In this document: positions 17,708-26,697 of the stretch, piece after piece
How the letters are laid out: the number at the start of each line of letters is the position of its first letter
Position numbering within the stretch: the stretch's first letter is position 1
Source: Peptococcaceae bacterium
GTDB lineage: Bacteria; Bacillota; Peptococcia; DRI-13; UBA5745
Length of the DNA: 64,000 bases
Reading direction: 5' to 3'
Assembly: GCA_034927285.1 (NCBI GenBank)
Contig: JAYFQF010000016.1
Span: forward strand, 36,314-100,313
Notes under the pieces: generated by a model
Database searches by the model: none
Told to the model about the DNA's origin: nothing
The model's input: only the letters and a program-made list of their open reading frames with translations
Position numbers and translations under genes: made by a program

Positions 17708-18744
17708 CTCAGCCTCAGCCCCAGCCGGGCCGCCATTTGCCTTTTTTCTTCCCGGCTGTCATTGAAGTCAATTTCTCCGGATCCTGCGTCGGGCCCGGCC
17801 GTTTGCCGCCCCTGCCAATAAAGACCCCGGTGCTTGGGCATCAAGGCGCAAAGCTCATTGCCGGCGCCGGCAAGAATCCCTTGTTCTCCTTCTGAAGCGT
17901 CCCAGCCCGCGGCGATCCGGATATCCGTGCCGCGCAGCACCAGCCGGGTCACCGCCACCAGGGTGCAGGCCTCCTCCAGGGAACACCGGGGATGATTTTT
18001 CATGGGGATGGACGGATCCGGCCGGAATTTGGAGATATAGAGGCTGACCATGTGGGGAAATTGCTTCAGATAAAACAGCGACTCCACATAATCCTCGGCC
18101 CGGCTTTGGCCAGGCCCCAGTCCGGCCATGATGCCGGAATGCATGGTAAGGCCGGCGTCGCGGATCTTCCAGGCAAAGTCTTCTTTTTGCCGGAAGCTGT
18201 CCCCCGGCTTCAGTCTGGCAAATTCCTTCGGGTTCGCGATCTCAAAAACGGCGCCGATTTTCACAACCCCCAGGCTTTTCAGCTTCTTCATGGTTTCCAC
18301 ACTCATGGCGGCGCCGCAGTTTACGGTAATTTCCATGTCCCGGATGCCGGCCTGCCGGATGGCCTCCAGGAGGTCCAGGACCTCCGTTCCCGAACTTCCC
18401 AGGCTTGTCCCTCCGCTGAGATGGAATTCCCGGATGCCCTCTTTCTGAAAATAACGGGCCGCCTGGATAACGGCCGCCGGGGAAGCCGCTTTTTTCCCCG
18501 GTTCTCTCCAGTAAGGGCAATACAGGCAAAGGGGTTCCAGGCGGCAGGGCAGCACACTGGAAATTCCGCCGGTCAGGCGAAAATAATCTCCGGTTTCCTG
18601 TTTTCGCACCAGCCTTGCAGTCTCATACAGCAATTCCCGTTTTTCCGGATCCTCAAAGGCCGCCTGAAGCAACAGCAGCGCCTCATCTTTTTCCGCAGGA
18701 CACTTTTCCGCTTTTTGCAAAAGCTCCCGGTATCGCAAGTCCAT
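17704..18744 (-). CDS. radical SAM protein, BioB/HydE-like, with CX5CX2C motif
   Basis: LPCRLEPLCLYCPYW (Cys67, Cys73, Cys76). LSGGTS and TIM-barrel-like layout. Confidence 0.75.
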   Translation of the reverse strand: MDLRYRELLQKAEKCPAEKDEALLLLQAAFEDPEKRELLYETARLVRKQETGDYFRLTGGISSVLPCRLEPLCLYCPYWREPGKKAASPAAVIQAARYFQKEGIREFHLSGGTSLGSSGTEVLDLLEAIRQAGIRDMEITVNCGAAMSVETMKKLKSLGVVKIGAVFEIANPKEFARLKPGDSFRQKEDFAWKIRDAGLTMHSGIMAGLGPGQSRAEDYVESLFYLKQFPHMVSLYISKFRPDPSIPMKNHPRCSLEEACTLVAVTRLVLRGTDIRIAAGWDASEGEQGILAGAGNELCALMPKHRGLYWQGRQTAGPDAGSGEIDFNDSREEKRQMAARLGLRLR

Positions 18745-18828
18745 GGGTATACCCCCATTATTGTTCAGTTTATTTTCTCGGATCAGGCTTTTTTCAATGC
18801 GTTATATTTTTTCAAAAACAACGAGGTT

Positions 18829-18857
18829 ATCATACCATATCCTGTCCGAATTGTCAT
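18829..18857 (-). promoter_or_regulatory. promoter ATGACA-17-TGGTATGAT for the radical SAM/ABC operon
   Basis: Minus-strand hexamers at 18852-18857 and 18829-18834, with TGG extended -10. Confidence 0.5.
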
Positions 18858-19118
18858 TACCTTTTCTATTCCTTCCTGCTTTTCTCCCGAGAGTTTTCCC
18901 AGGCTTCTGTCAGGCTTCTCTCAGGCTTTTCTCCTCAGGTTTTCCCTTAAACCTTTTTCTCAGGTTTCCTCTCAAATTATTTCCCGTAACTCCTTTGCAT
19001 ACCATTGTCCTTACTTTTGCCCACCCTTTTGCCGGCAACTTTCTCCCTCTTTATTTCCTACTTATTCCACGGTATAATAGGAATATAGTTGAGCGGTATA
19101 TTTAAGCGAGGTGATCCC

Positions 19119-19517
19119 ATGAAAGTATCTACCAAAGGCCGTTACGCTCTGCGTCTGATGCTGGATCTGGCCTCCCAGCGGGAAGGCGAATATATTTCGC
19201 TGCGGGATATTTCCCTCCGTCAGGGCATCTCCATGAAATATCTGGAACAGATCGTGAGCCTCTTGTGCCGGGCCGGCTTTATTAAAAGCCTCCGCGGCCC
19301 CAAAGGTGGCTACCGTCTGGCCAGAAAGCCCAGGGAATATACTGCCGGCCAAATCCTGCGGGTGACTGAGGGCGACCTGTCGCCTACCGCCTGCCTGCAG
19401 GATGAGGTAAATCTTTGCCCCCGGGCTGTCGACTGCGGTACCTTGAACTTCTGGACCGGCTTTTTTCAGGTGATCAATGAGTACGTAGACAGCGTGACCC
19501 TGGCAGACCTGCTTTAA
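19119..19517 (+). CDS. iscR: Rrf2 family transcriptional regulator (IscR/CymR-like)
   Basis: MKVSTKGRYALRLMLDLA N-terminus. GAGGTG RBS. Confidence 0.85.
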   Translation: MKVSTKGRYALRLMLDLASQREGEYISLRDISLRQGISMKYLEQIVSLLCRAGFIKSLRGPKGGYRLARKPREYTAGQILRVTEGDLSPTACLQDEVNLCPRAVDCGTLNFWTGFFQVINEYVDSVTLADLL

Positions 19518-19558
19518 GCTTTAACTCTTTCTATCTATCTTTTTTTATCTCTATCTCC

Positions 19559-19680
19559 CCCTTTGTTTGACCCTTTCCATCCCTTTGTTTGATCCTATGC
19601 ATCCCTTTGTTTGGCACTTTGCCTACCTTTCTTTAATCTTTTTCCCCCTTTTCTTTGACCCTTTATATCCCTTTGTTTCG
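19559..19680 (+). repeat. six about 22-bp direct repeats (CCCTTTGTTTGA..., 11-bp sub-period) abutting the nifS promoter
   Basis: Motif starts at 19559, 19581, 19603, 19626, 19646 and 19669. Half-period CCCTTT at 19571 and 19659. Confidence 0.85.
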
Positions 19681-19684
19681 CTTA

Positions 19685-19713
19685 TTGACAAGTTTCCTTT
19701 TCTTCCGTATACT
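19685..19713 (+). promoter_or_regulatory. promoter TTGACA-17-TATACT
   Basis: Hexamers at 19685-19690 and 19708-19713, 42 nt before the nifS ATG. Confidence 0.55.
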
Positions 19714-19754
19714 TTAATCCAGTAATTCGATGGGAATTGAGGTGTTTAATAATC

Positions 19755-20930
19755 ATGCACAATGTTTATGCGGATAACGCAGCCACCACCCGAGTCAGCG
19801 AAAAAGCCGTGGAGGCCATGCTGCCCTATCTCACCCAGATTTACGGCAACGCTTCCAGCCTGCACACGCCGGGCCAGAAAGCGGCGGCCGGTTTGGCCCA
19901 GGCCCGGGAAACCATGGCCCGCCATCTGAACTGTCAGCCCAAGGAAATCTATTTTACCTCCGGCGGTACCGAAGCCGATAACTGGGCCATCACTTTTGCC
20001 GCCCGGCGGGGAGCAAAAGCCGGCAAGCAGCATCTGATCACCACCGCTTTTGAGCACCATGCCGTTCTGCACACCATGGAAGCCCTGGAAAAAGAGGGCT
20101 TTTCCGTTACCTACCTGCCGGTATACAGCGACGGCATCGTCCGTTTGGCGGACCTGGAAAAGGCGATCCGCCCGGACACCGCCTTGGTCACGATCATGTA
20201 CGCGAATAACGAAATCGGCACCATTCAGCCTATTGCGGAAATCGGCGCGCTCTGCCGGGAAAAAGGCGTCCTTTTTCACACCGATGCGGTGCAGGCCGCC
20301 GGACATCTGCCCATTAATGTGAAGGAACAAAATATTGACATGTTGTCTTTGTCGGGCCATAAGTTCCACGCCCCCAAAGGGGTGGGCCTGCTGTACTGCC
20401 GGCAGGGCCTGCCTTTGCAGAACCTGATTTACGGCGGCGGTCAGGAGAGAGGCAAACGTCCGGGAACCGAAAACGTGGCCGGCATCGCGGCCATGGCCGC
20501 GGCTTTTGACCACGCCTGTACAAATATGACGAAAAATGCCTCCCACACCCAGGCTCTGCGGGACCGGCTGATCACGGAGCTTGCCAAAATTCCCAAAAGC
20601 CGCTTAAACGGCCATCGGGAAAACCGTCTGCCCGGTAATGTCAGCTTTTGTTTTGAGGGTATCGAAGGCGAGTCTTTGCTGTTGTCTCTGGATTTGAAAG
20701 GCGTAGCCGCTTCTTCAGGTTCGGCCTGTACTTCCGGCTCCCTTGACCCCAGCCACGTACTGCTGGCCATCGGTCTGCCCCATGAGATCGCCCACGGCTC
20801 CCTGCGGCTTTCTCTTTCCGAGGAAAATACCATAGAGGATATCGATTACATTCTGGAGGTGCTGCCGCCCATCGTGCAGCGGCTCCGTGATATGTCCCCG
20901 GTGTGGGAACGCATGATGAAGGAGGCCTGA
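19755..20930 (+). CDS. nifS: cysteine desulfurase (NifS/IscS)
   Basis: VYADNAATT...[12 protein letters not shown]...SSGSACTSG motifs. ATG at 19755 preferred. Confidence 0.9.
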   Translation: MHNVYADNAATTRVSEKAVEAMLPYLTQIYGNASSLHTPGQKAAAGLAQARETMARHLNCQPKEIYFTSGGTEADNWAITFAARRGAKAGKQHLITTAFEHHAVLHTMEALEKEGFSVTYLPVYSDGIVRLADLEKAIRPDTALVTIMYANNEIGTIQPIAEIGALCREKGVLFHTDAVQAAGHLPINVKEQNIDMLSLSGHKFHAPKGVGLLYCRQGLPLQNLIYGGGQERGKRPGTENVAGIAAMAAAFDHACTNMTKNASHTQALRDRLITELAKIPKSRLNGHRENRLPGNVSFCFEGIEGESLLLSLDLKGVAASSGSACTSGSLDPSHVLLAIGLPHEIAHGSLRLSLSEENTIEDIDYILEVLPPIVQRLRDMSPVWERMMKEA

Positions 20931-20932
20931 AT

Positions 20933-21358
20933 ATGGCATACAGTGAAAAAGTAATGGAGCATTTTGCCCATCCCCGCAATGTAGGTAAAATGGACAACGC
21001 CGACGGCGTCGGCGAGGTAGGGAACGCCAAATGCGGCGATATCATGAAAATGTACATCAAGGTGGATGACGGTATCATCAGCGATGTGAAGTTCAATACC
21101 TTCGGCTGCGCCTCGGCCATCGCCACCAGTTCCATGGCCACTGAGCTGATTAAGGGCAAGCCCATCGAGAAAGCCCTGGAACTGACCAATCAGGCGGTGG
21201 TGGAAGCCTTAGACGGCCTGCCCCCGGTAAAAATCCACTGTTCCGTGCTGGCGGAAGAAGCGGTGAAGGCAGCCATTGCCGATTATTATGAGAAAAACGG
21301 CATTCCTTACGATAAGGAAGCCTTCAAGTCCTGCGAAAGCTGCGACCACTGCCATTAA
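20933..21358 (+). CDS. nifU: Fe-S cluster assembly scaffold (NifU/IscU)
   Basis: MAYSEKVMEHFAHPRNVG...GNAKCGD...TFGCASAIA...IHCSVLA. Confidence 0.9.
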   Translation: MAYSEKVMEHFAHPRNVGKMDNADGVGEVGNAKCGDIMKMYIKVDDGIISDVKFNTFGCASAIATSSMATELIKGKPIEKALELTNQAVVEALDGLPPVKIHCSVLAEEAVKAAIADYYEKNGIPYDKEAFKSCESCDHCH

Positions 21359-21785
21359 GCGCAGGTAAAAGAAGTTAAATCACTGCTTAAGTCTGTTAGC
21401 TCACTGCAAGAATGTACCGGAGAGCCGCTTTTCGATGTCCGCCGCTGAATTTTTTCCGGTTCCGGCATCGCAAAAGCGGTTCTCTTTCGTCTTCCAGTCC
21501 CGTTAAAACGGCTTTTTTCTGCCACCCTTCGCCGCTAAAGCGGCATCCTTTCGGCTGCGGCAATGCCCAAGCGATTTTCTTCCGGCTTTATGAAGACGTC
21601 ATCCCTTAATAGGACGTCTGATAGAACGTCTGATTTATGCCGGTCTGTTTATCGGATCGTCTGCCGGCCCCTCTGTCTTGCAGGAGATGCCTGCCCCGGT
21701 TTTCTCTCGTTGATACCTGTCTATTTTATTTACTTCCTTTTACCGGCCGGGCTGGATGCATAACCCCTTTCAACCGCCTGAAATG

Positions 21786-21843
21786 AAAAACGCTCCCCCA
21801 GAGCTCAGATGTTTTTGACAGCATCTGACCCCTTGGCGGGAGC
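21786..21843 (-). terminator. rho-independent terminator after the YkgJ-like gene
   Basis: Minus strand GCTCCCGCCAAGGGGTCAGATG...CATCTGAGCTCTGGGGGAGC followed by GTTTTT. Confidence 0.6.
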
Positions 21844-21882
21844 ATCTTATATGCATCCGATATTTTCTTCATTCCGCAAAAT

Positions 21883-22761
21883 TTATTTTTCAGTCAGCAA
21901 CTGCCAGAGGCCGGCGCTGACTACGTCCCGAAGCAGCACCTGGTCATAGTTCCGGATAGTCGCCGCCACGGCATTGATTCCGATGCTGCCGGCTCCGGCG
22001 TCATTGGCTCCAAAATTTTCGGGGGAGGCGCTGCCGGCTTTGACGCTGCCAGTTCCGGCATCATTTGCGGCGTCAAAGCCCTTGCCCCGATATTCCGTCC
22101 AGGGAATATTGCCGCCGTCGCCCTCCACCGCCGGCATTTTCCCTGCGGCTCCGGCTTCTTCCGCATAAAGGCGGATCAATACGTTTTCTCCTTCATTGAC
22201 GATTTGACGGCGCAGGGCAGCGGCCCGACGGCTGGCCGGCAGGCAGACGTAGGTCTGGCAGACCAAAGAACGCAAAGGCCAATGCCGGCAGCAATGATTT
22301 TCCTGATCCAGGAAGCAGCAGGCCCCGTTTTCCTCCCGCCGCAAGGTAATGTCCACCACGCCCCGGCGGGATCTGACCCGGCCGAAGCGTTCCAAAAAGC
22401 CGGCGATTGTGGCAGCGTCGTTCTCCTCCGCAAGTCCGGCCGCCGCTTTTTCCAAGCCCAGAAGATAGGTCCGTACATCCGACGCCGTCAGGGGCACCCG
22501 CTCCCAGCAGCAATTGGTACAGCCGCCGCAGGGGGCCACCCGCTCTTCCTGAAACCGGTTCAGTTCCTCCAGATAATCCTGAACTGTGGATGCTTCATCC
22601 AAAATCTGCACATCATATCCCCAGAATCCCGGATCCAGTTCTTTTAGCTCGACCAATACCTTTTTCGGCTTCTCTGCCTTCAATCCCTTTTCATTCAATC
22701 CCTTTTCCGCCGATCTCTGTTGTTCCAAACCTTCTCGGGGTCTCTTTTCGTTCTCTATCAT
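21883..22761 (-). CDS. YkgJ-family cysteine-cluster protein (CxxCxxCC)
   Basis: CGGCTNCCWERVPLT motif. Start at MIENEK (AAGAGGA RBS). Low-complexity C-terminal third. Confidence 0.7.
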   Translation of the reverse strand: MIENEKRPREGLEQQRSAEKGLNEKGLKAEKPKKVLVELKELDPGFWGYDVQILDEASTVQDYLEELNRFQEERVAPCGGCTNCCWERVPLTASDVRTYLLGLEKAAAGLAEENDAATIAGFLERFGRVRSRRGVVDITLRREENGACCFLDQENHCCRHWPLRSLVCQTYVCLPASRRAAALRRQIVNEGENVLIRLYAEEAGAAGKMPAVEGDGGNIPWTEYRGKGFDAANDAGTGSVKAGSASPENFGANDAGAGSIGINAVAATIRNYDQVLLRDVVSAGLWQLLTEK

Positions 22762-22788
22762 TTTTTCCTCTTTCTTGCCACGCCATCC

Positions 22789-22810
22789 GGTGATCCTTCG
22801 GTGATCCTTC
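22789..22810. repeat. 11-bp tandem duplicate GGTGATCCTTC x2 in the 5' region of the YkgJ-like gene
   Basis: Perfect copies at 22789-22799 and 22800-22810. Confidence 0.8.
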
Positions 22811-22937
22811 GAAAGCTTTTTCCGCGTATTCTGTAGAAATTCTGCGGGAATTGTCCTTGTATAGACCAAACTTATTATATATAATTATGGTAAAATACAA
22901 ATAAAAATTTTTGTTAAATCTAAAGGGGGCGTCCGCT

Positions 22938-23519
22938 ATGCTTTCCAATGAAGAGTTTTGCCAAAAACTTCTTGCCGCTTTGCCTTCCCAGACCTTGGAG
23001 CTGAAGCGGAAAAAGTTCCACAACCTGAGCTTTGGTCCGGATAACCACATCTGGATCGTGACTGAAGGTCTGGTCATGACCCTCCGCAGCGCCGAGGACG
23101 GCCGCTTTAAAGGCAATGGCCTTTACGGCGCCAATACGATCCTGGGCCTCAGCGGTTTCTACGGGGTAAATAAGGACGTCACCTGCTTCACATTAAGCAG
23201 CGCCACTCTGCGCTATGTACCGACCAAACTGGTGATCCAGCTTTTACAAAACGACGTGGAGCTCTGCTATGCGGCCATGGTGTACAGCTGTCAATTGTTC
23301 GGCCGCGTGATGGACGAACTGGAGGCGGCTACCTTGCTTTCTTTGGAAGAACAGATCACTTCCTTTGAAAAATCCTTAAAGACCATGGATCTGCCCGATG
23401 ATTTGTCCGTGACGGAGACCTGTATCGCCATGGCCATCGGCGCTCATCCCGTCAGCGTCAGCCGGGCCAGGAAACGGCTGAAGGATCAGCACAGTGATTT
23501 TCAGCTGCCCGAGGAATAG
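22938..23519 (+). CDS. Crp/Fnr-family transcriptional regulator
   Basis: Beta-roll-like N-terminal part and C-terminal HTH ETCIAMAIGAHPVSVSRARKRLKD. AAAGGGGG RBS. Confidence 0.7.
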   Translation: MLSNEEFCQKLLAALPSQTLELKRKKFHNLSFGPDNHIWIVTEGLVMTLRSAEDGRFKGNGLYGANTILGLSGFYGVNKDVTCFTLSSATLRYVPTKLVIQLLQNDVELCYAAMVYSCQLFGRVMDELEAATLLSLEEQITSFEKSLKTMDLPDDLSVTETCIAMAIGAHPVSVSRARKRLKDQHSDFQLPEE

Positions 23520-23754
23520 TTCCGGGTAAATGGCCCGGAAAAACAAAGACCCGGAAAAACAAAGATAAGAAAAAGGAAAACAGAGATAAAAAAAACCGCC
23601 TGCTATATGGACTTCCTGCCAAAAGCCCGGCATGTCAGAGATCGGCATGCCTAACCGATGGAGAGGTTCAGTGCGGCGTTTTTTTATTTCCAGGCTTCAG
23701 CTTCCGGGGAAACCTCCAGGGCTCAAGAGGGCTTAAGCTTTTGGAGCGAATCCC

Positions 23755-24258
23755 CTAAAACTCAATATATTCCAGATCGTTTTCCATTTCAATCATCACC
23801 CGGTCGGAGTCGATCTTGGTCATGTCCGAAATCTTGGATAAAGGCTGTTTTACATAAGTGCCCTGAGCGGTAACCGCCACCGTGCCGTCAGGCAGGAGCA
23901 TCTCGCCCCGGGCCTTGAAGACCCGGCGGCTGTTCTCGGTAACTTCGGCCACGACTTTTAACGGAGTATCCAAAGGAGCGGGCTTCTTATAGCGGATAGT
24001 GATCTCCGCCGTCACGGCCCAGGAATCCGGTTCAATGGGCAAAATGGCCCGGCCCAGGGTTTCGTCCATAATGGAAGCCGATACGCCGCCATGCATCCGC
24101 TGGGGATAGCTTTGAAAAAACTCTCCCGGCTTAAACAGCGCCACTACCCGCTGATCCTCCAGCTCATAAAACTGCGCCTTGATGCCGGCGGGATTATCTT
24201 TGCCGCAGCCAAAACACATCTCGCTGATATACTGCTTTTTTACAACCTTATACTTCAT
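23755..24258 (-). CDS. PaaI/hotdog-fold thioesterase
   Basis: CFGCGKDNPAGI N-terminus and MHGGVSASIMDETLGRA. Confidence 0.75.
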   Translation of the reverse strand: MKYKVVKKQYISEMCFGCGKDNPAGIKAQFYELEDQRVVALFKPGEFFQSYPQRMHGGVSASIMDETLGRAILPIEPDSWAVTAEITIRYKKPAPLDTPLKVVAEVTENSRRVFKARGEMLLPDGTVAVTAQGTYVKQPLSKISDMTKIDSDRVMIEMENDLEYIEF

Positions 24259-24378
24259 CTTTTCTTTCGCTTCCTGTCCTTCACCAATCTCGGGCCCAGC
24301 CGCCCGCCGACCATCCCAGCTGATATCTCCGACGGTGCCAGCGCCGGTTTTCCGGGCTCTTCATCACTTCCGGGACTG

Positions 24379-24452
24379 TTTTTCAGGACTTTTATCACTT
24401 TCCAGGGCTTTTCAGGGTCTTTTATTACTTTTTAGAGCTTTTTGAGGCTTTT
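24379..24452. promoter_or_regulatory. eight T4-5 tracts phased at 9-11 bp (predicted intrinsically curved DNA)
   Basis: T-tract starts at 24379, 24390, 24399, 24409, 24420, 24429, 24439 and 24449. Confidence 0.7.
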
Positions 24453-25036
24453 CAGGCCTCTCCTTCGCCCTCTTCCTTATCCTCTTCCGCTTCTTCCGCG
24501 GTTCTCAGTTCCGCGCCAGCCTCAGCCACCTCCACGGCCACAGCGCCGCTGTCTTCCCATTCCGGGAAAACCGGCTCGTCAAAGGTACCGTCCTGGACTA
24601 TGCCGGGCAGATGGGTCCGCCGCCGCTTAAAAGGCAGCTCCCGTTTAAGACACTGGGGACAAATCCCGAAAAACTCCAGATAATGATGTTCGATCAGATA
24701 GCCGGTCTGCTGAGAAATCAATTCCTCGCTCATCTGTACGGGGCAGAAATCCACTTCCACCTGGGCCTGACAGATCCGGCAGGTCACCATATGTTTATGA
24801 CTTTTGCTGCTTGAGGTATAGCGGGCGGTGCCGTCGGGATAAACCGCTTTGGAGACCTGTCCTAAGTCAATCAGCCGGTCCAGATTGCGGTAAACCGTGG
24901 TCAGTGCCATGTTTGGACACTCCACCTGGCATCTTTTTAATATCTGCTCGGCAGTCATCGGCTTGCTGGTATTCGTAAAAATATCCAGCAGCTTCCTCCG
25001 TTGTTTTGTTTGCCGAAGTTCTTTGTCGCCGGCCAA
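24452..25036 (-). CDS. fur: Fur-family metalloregulator with acidic C-terminal tail
   Basis: LRQTKQRRKLLDIF...LTTVYRNLDRL...CRICQ...CPQC. TTG start at 25036 behind GGAGGGG. The ORF-track N-terminus is rejected. Confidence 0.8.
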   Translation of the reverse strand: MAGDKELRQTKQRRKLLDIFTNTSKPMTAEQILKRCQVECPNMALTTVYRNLDRLIDLGQVSKAVYPDGTARYTSSSKSHKHMVTCRICQAQVEVDFCPVQMSEELISQQTGYLIEHHYLEFFGICPQCLKRELPFKRRRTHLPGIVQDGTFDEPVFPEWEDSGAVAVEVAEAGAELRTAEEAEEDKEEGEGEA

Positions 25037-25231
25037 TCTTCTTCCCCTCCAAAAAATCGCTTTCTTCCTGTCTGAGTTACACCAGGAAGGGCGGATTCTC
25101 CCTCTATCACAATAGGATACCAATTTTCGCCGGGAAATGCAACTAATTTGCAACAAAAGCCCTGTTCATTATTGATTCATCCTTTTATCTGGCGGCTCCC
25201 TGCCGAAGCAGCTCCGCGGGGGGACGGTTCT

Positions 25232-26623
25232 TTACTCCTCCTCGGCGCCTTGATCGCCGCCGGAGTCGTCGCCGTTCAGGCCCTCTTCGGCCAGCTGGTC
25301 CAGGACCTGCAGAGATTCTGCCTCCGGCAGGGAAGCCACTCCCTTCAGCCGCCGCTGGATCTGCCGGGTCCTGACCCCCACCAGCTTATCCAGTTCAGAA
25401 TTAGCCTGCTCCAGCCGCTGCTGGGTAGCCGATAGAACCTTCTCAAATTTATCAAACTCCGTCTTTACCGCGCCCAACACCTGCCAGACTTCGCCGGAAC
25501 GCTTTTGAATCGCCAGGGTTTTAAAGCCCATCTGGAGGCTGTTCAATAAGGCCGCCAGAGTGGTGGGCCCGGCGATATTTACCTTATAGTCCCGCTGCAG
25601 GGTCTCAACCAGACCCATCCGAACCACTTCGGCGTAAAGGCCCTCCACCGGCAAAAACATAATGGCGAAATCCGTGGTCTCCGGCGGATTTAAATACTTG
25701 TCCCGGATATCCTTGGCGAAGCTTTTCACCCGCCGTTCCAGGACGGCGGCGCAGCCGGCCACCGCCTGGGAATCGGCGGAATCATAAGCCTCTATGAGCT
25801 GATGGTAGGCGTCGGCGGGGAACTTGGCGTCAATGGGCAGCCAAACCGTGCCGTCGTCGGCCCCCGGCAGCTTAATGGCAAATTCCACCGTCTCCCGGCT
25901 GCCTTTTTTCGTGGTCACATTGGCCTGATACTGCTCCGGCGCCAGAATCTGCTCCAAAATAGCTCCCAGCTGGATTTCGCCCAGAATTCCCCGGGTTTTG
26001 ACATTGGAAAGTACCTTCTTTAAATCTCCAACGCCCACCGCCAGGTTCTGCATCTCGCCCAGCCCCTTATATACTTCCTCCAGCCTTTTACTGACCAGGG
26101 CAAAAGATTGGCCGATGCGCTCCTCCAGGGTCTTGTGCAGCTTCTCGTCTACGGTGGCCCGCATTTCTTCCAGCTTTTTTTCATTATCCTGCTGCATAGC
26201 CGACAGTCGCTTATCCGTATCCTGCTGCATAGCCAAAAGCCGGCGGTCCATATTCTCGCTGGTCTTTTCCAAACGTTGGTCCAGGGCCTCCCCCAGATTG
26301 GCCAGCCGGGTTTCCTGGCTTAAGCGCAGCTGCTCGATACGCTTGTCCACATTCTCCCCGGAGGCCTGCATCGTCTGGCGATAGGCCTCCAAAAGCCGGG
26401 CCGTCTCCCGGGAAAGGGCCTCCAGATCGCCTTTATGGGCCTCCGCCACCGAACGCAATCCGCTGGTGATCGCCTCGTTGGTCATATGCTGCTGATTTAA
26501 AGCCCGGCTTTCGTTCTCCTGACGTTGAATCCGCAGTTCTTTCGATAAACTGTTCCAGATCAAAAGCACTGCGGCCAGGATGGCCAGGGCCGCCAAGATA
26601 AAAACCAGTATAATATGCTCCAT
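25232..26623 (-). CDS. rmuC: DNA recombination protein RmuC
   Basis: N-terminal TM, long coiled coil, and C-terminal FAIMFLPVEGLY...NIAGPTTLAALL. AAGGAG RBS before MEHII. Confidence 0.85.
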   Translation of the reverse strand: MEHIILVFILAALAILAAVLLIWNSLSKELRIQRQENESRALNQQHMTNEAITSGLRSVAEAHKGDLEALSRETARLLEAYRQTMQASGENVDKRIEQLRLSQETRLANLGEALDQRLEKTSENMDRRLLAMQQDTDKRLSAMQQDNEKKLEEMRATVDEKLHKTLEERIGQSFALVSKRLEEVYKGLGEMQNLAVGVGDLKKVLSNVKTRGILGEIQLGAILEQILAPEQYQANVTTKKGSRETVEFAIKLPGADDGTVWLPIDAKFPADAYHQLIEAYDSADSQAVAGCAAVLERRVKSFAKDIRDKYLNPPETTDFAIMFLPVEGLYAEVVRMGLVETLQRDYKVNIAGPTTLAALLNSLQMGFKTLAIQKRSGEVWQVLGAVKTEFDKFEKVLSATQQRLEQANSELDKLVGVRTRQIQRRLKGVASLPEAESLQVLDQLAEEGLNGDDSGGDQGAEEE

Positions 26624-26643
26624 GAGGATTCTCCTTATCTTAT

Positions 26644-26687
26644 ATCTTAATACTGTCATCTTAATACTGTTTATATCTTAATACTGT
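26644..26687 (-). repeat. three direct copies of ACAGTATTAAGAT just upstream of the rmuC RBS
   Basis: Plus-strand ATCTTAATACTGT at 26644-26656, 26658-26670 and 26675-26687. Confidence 0.85.
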
Positions 26688-26697
26688 GCCAGGGCCT

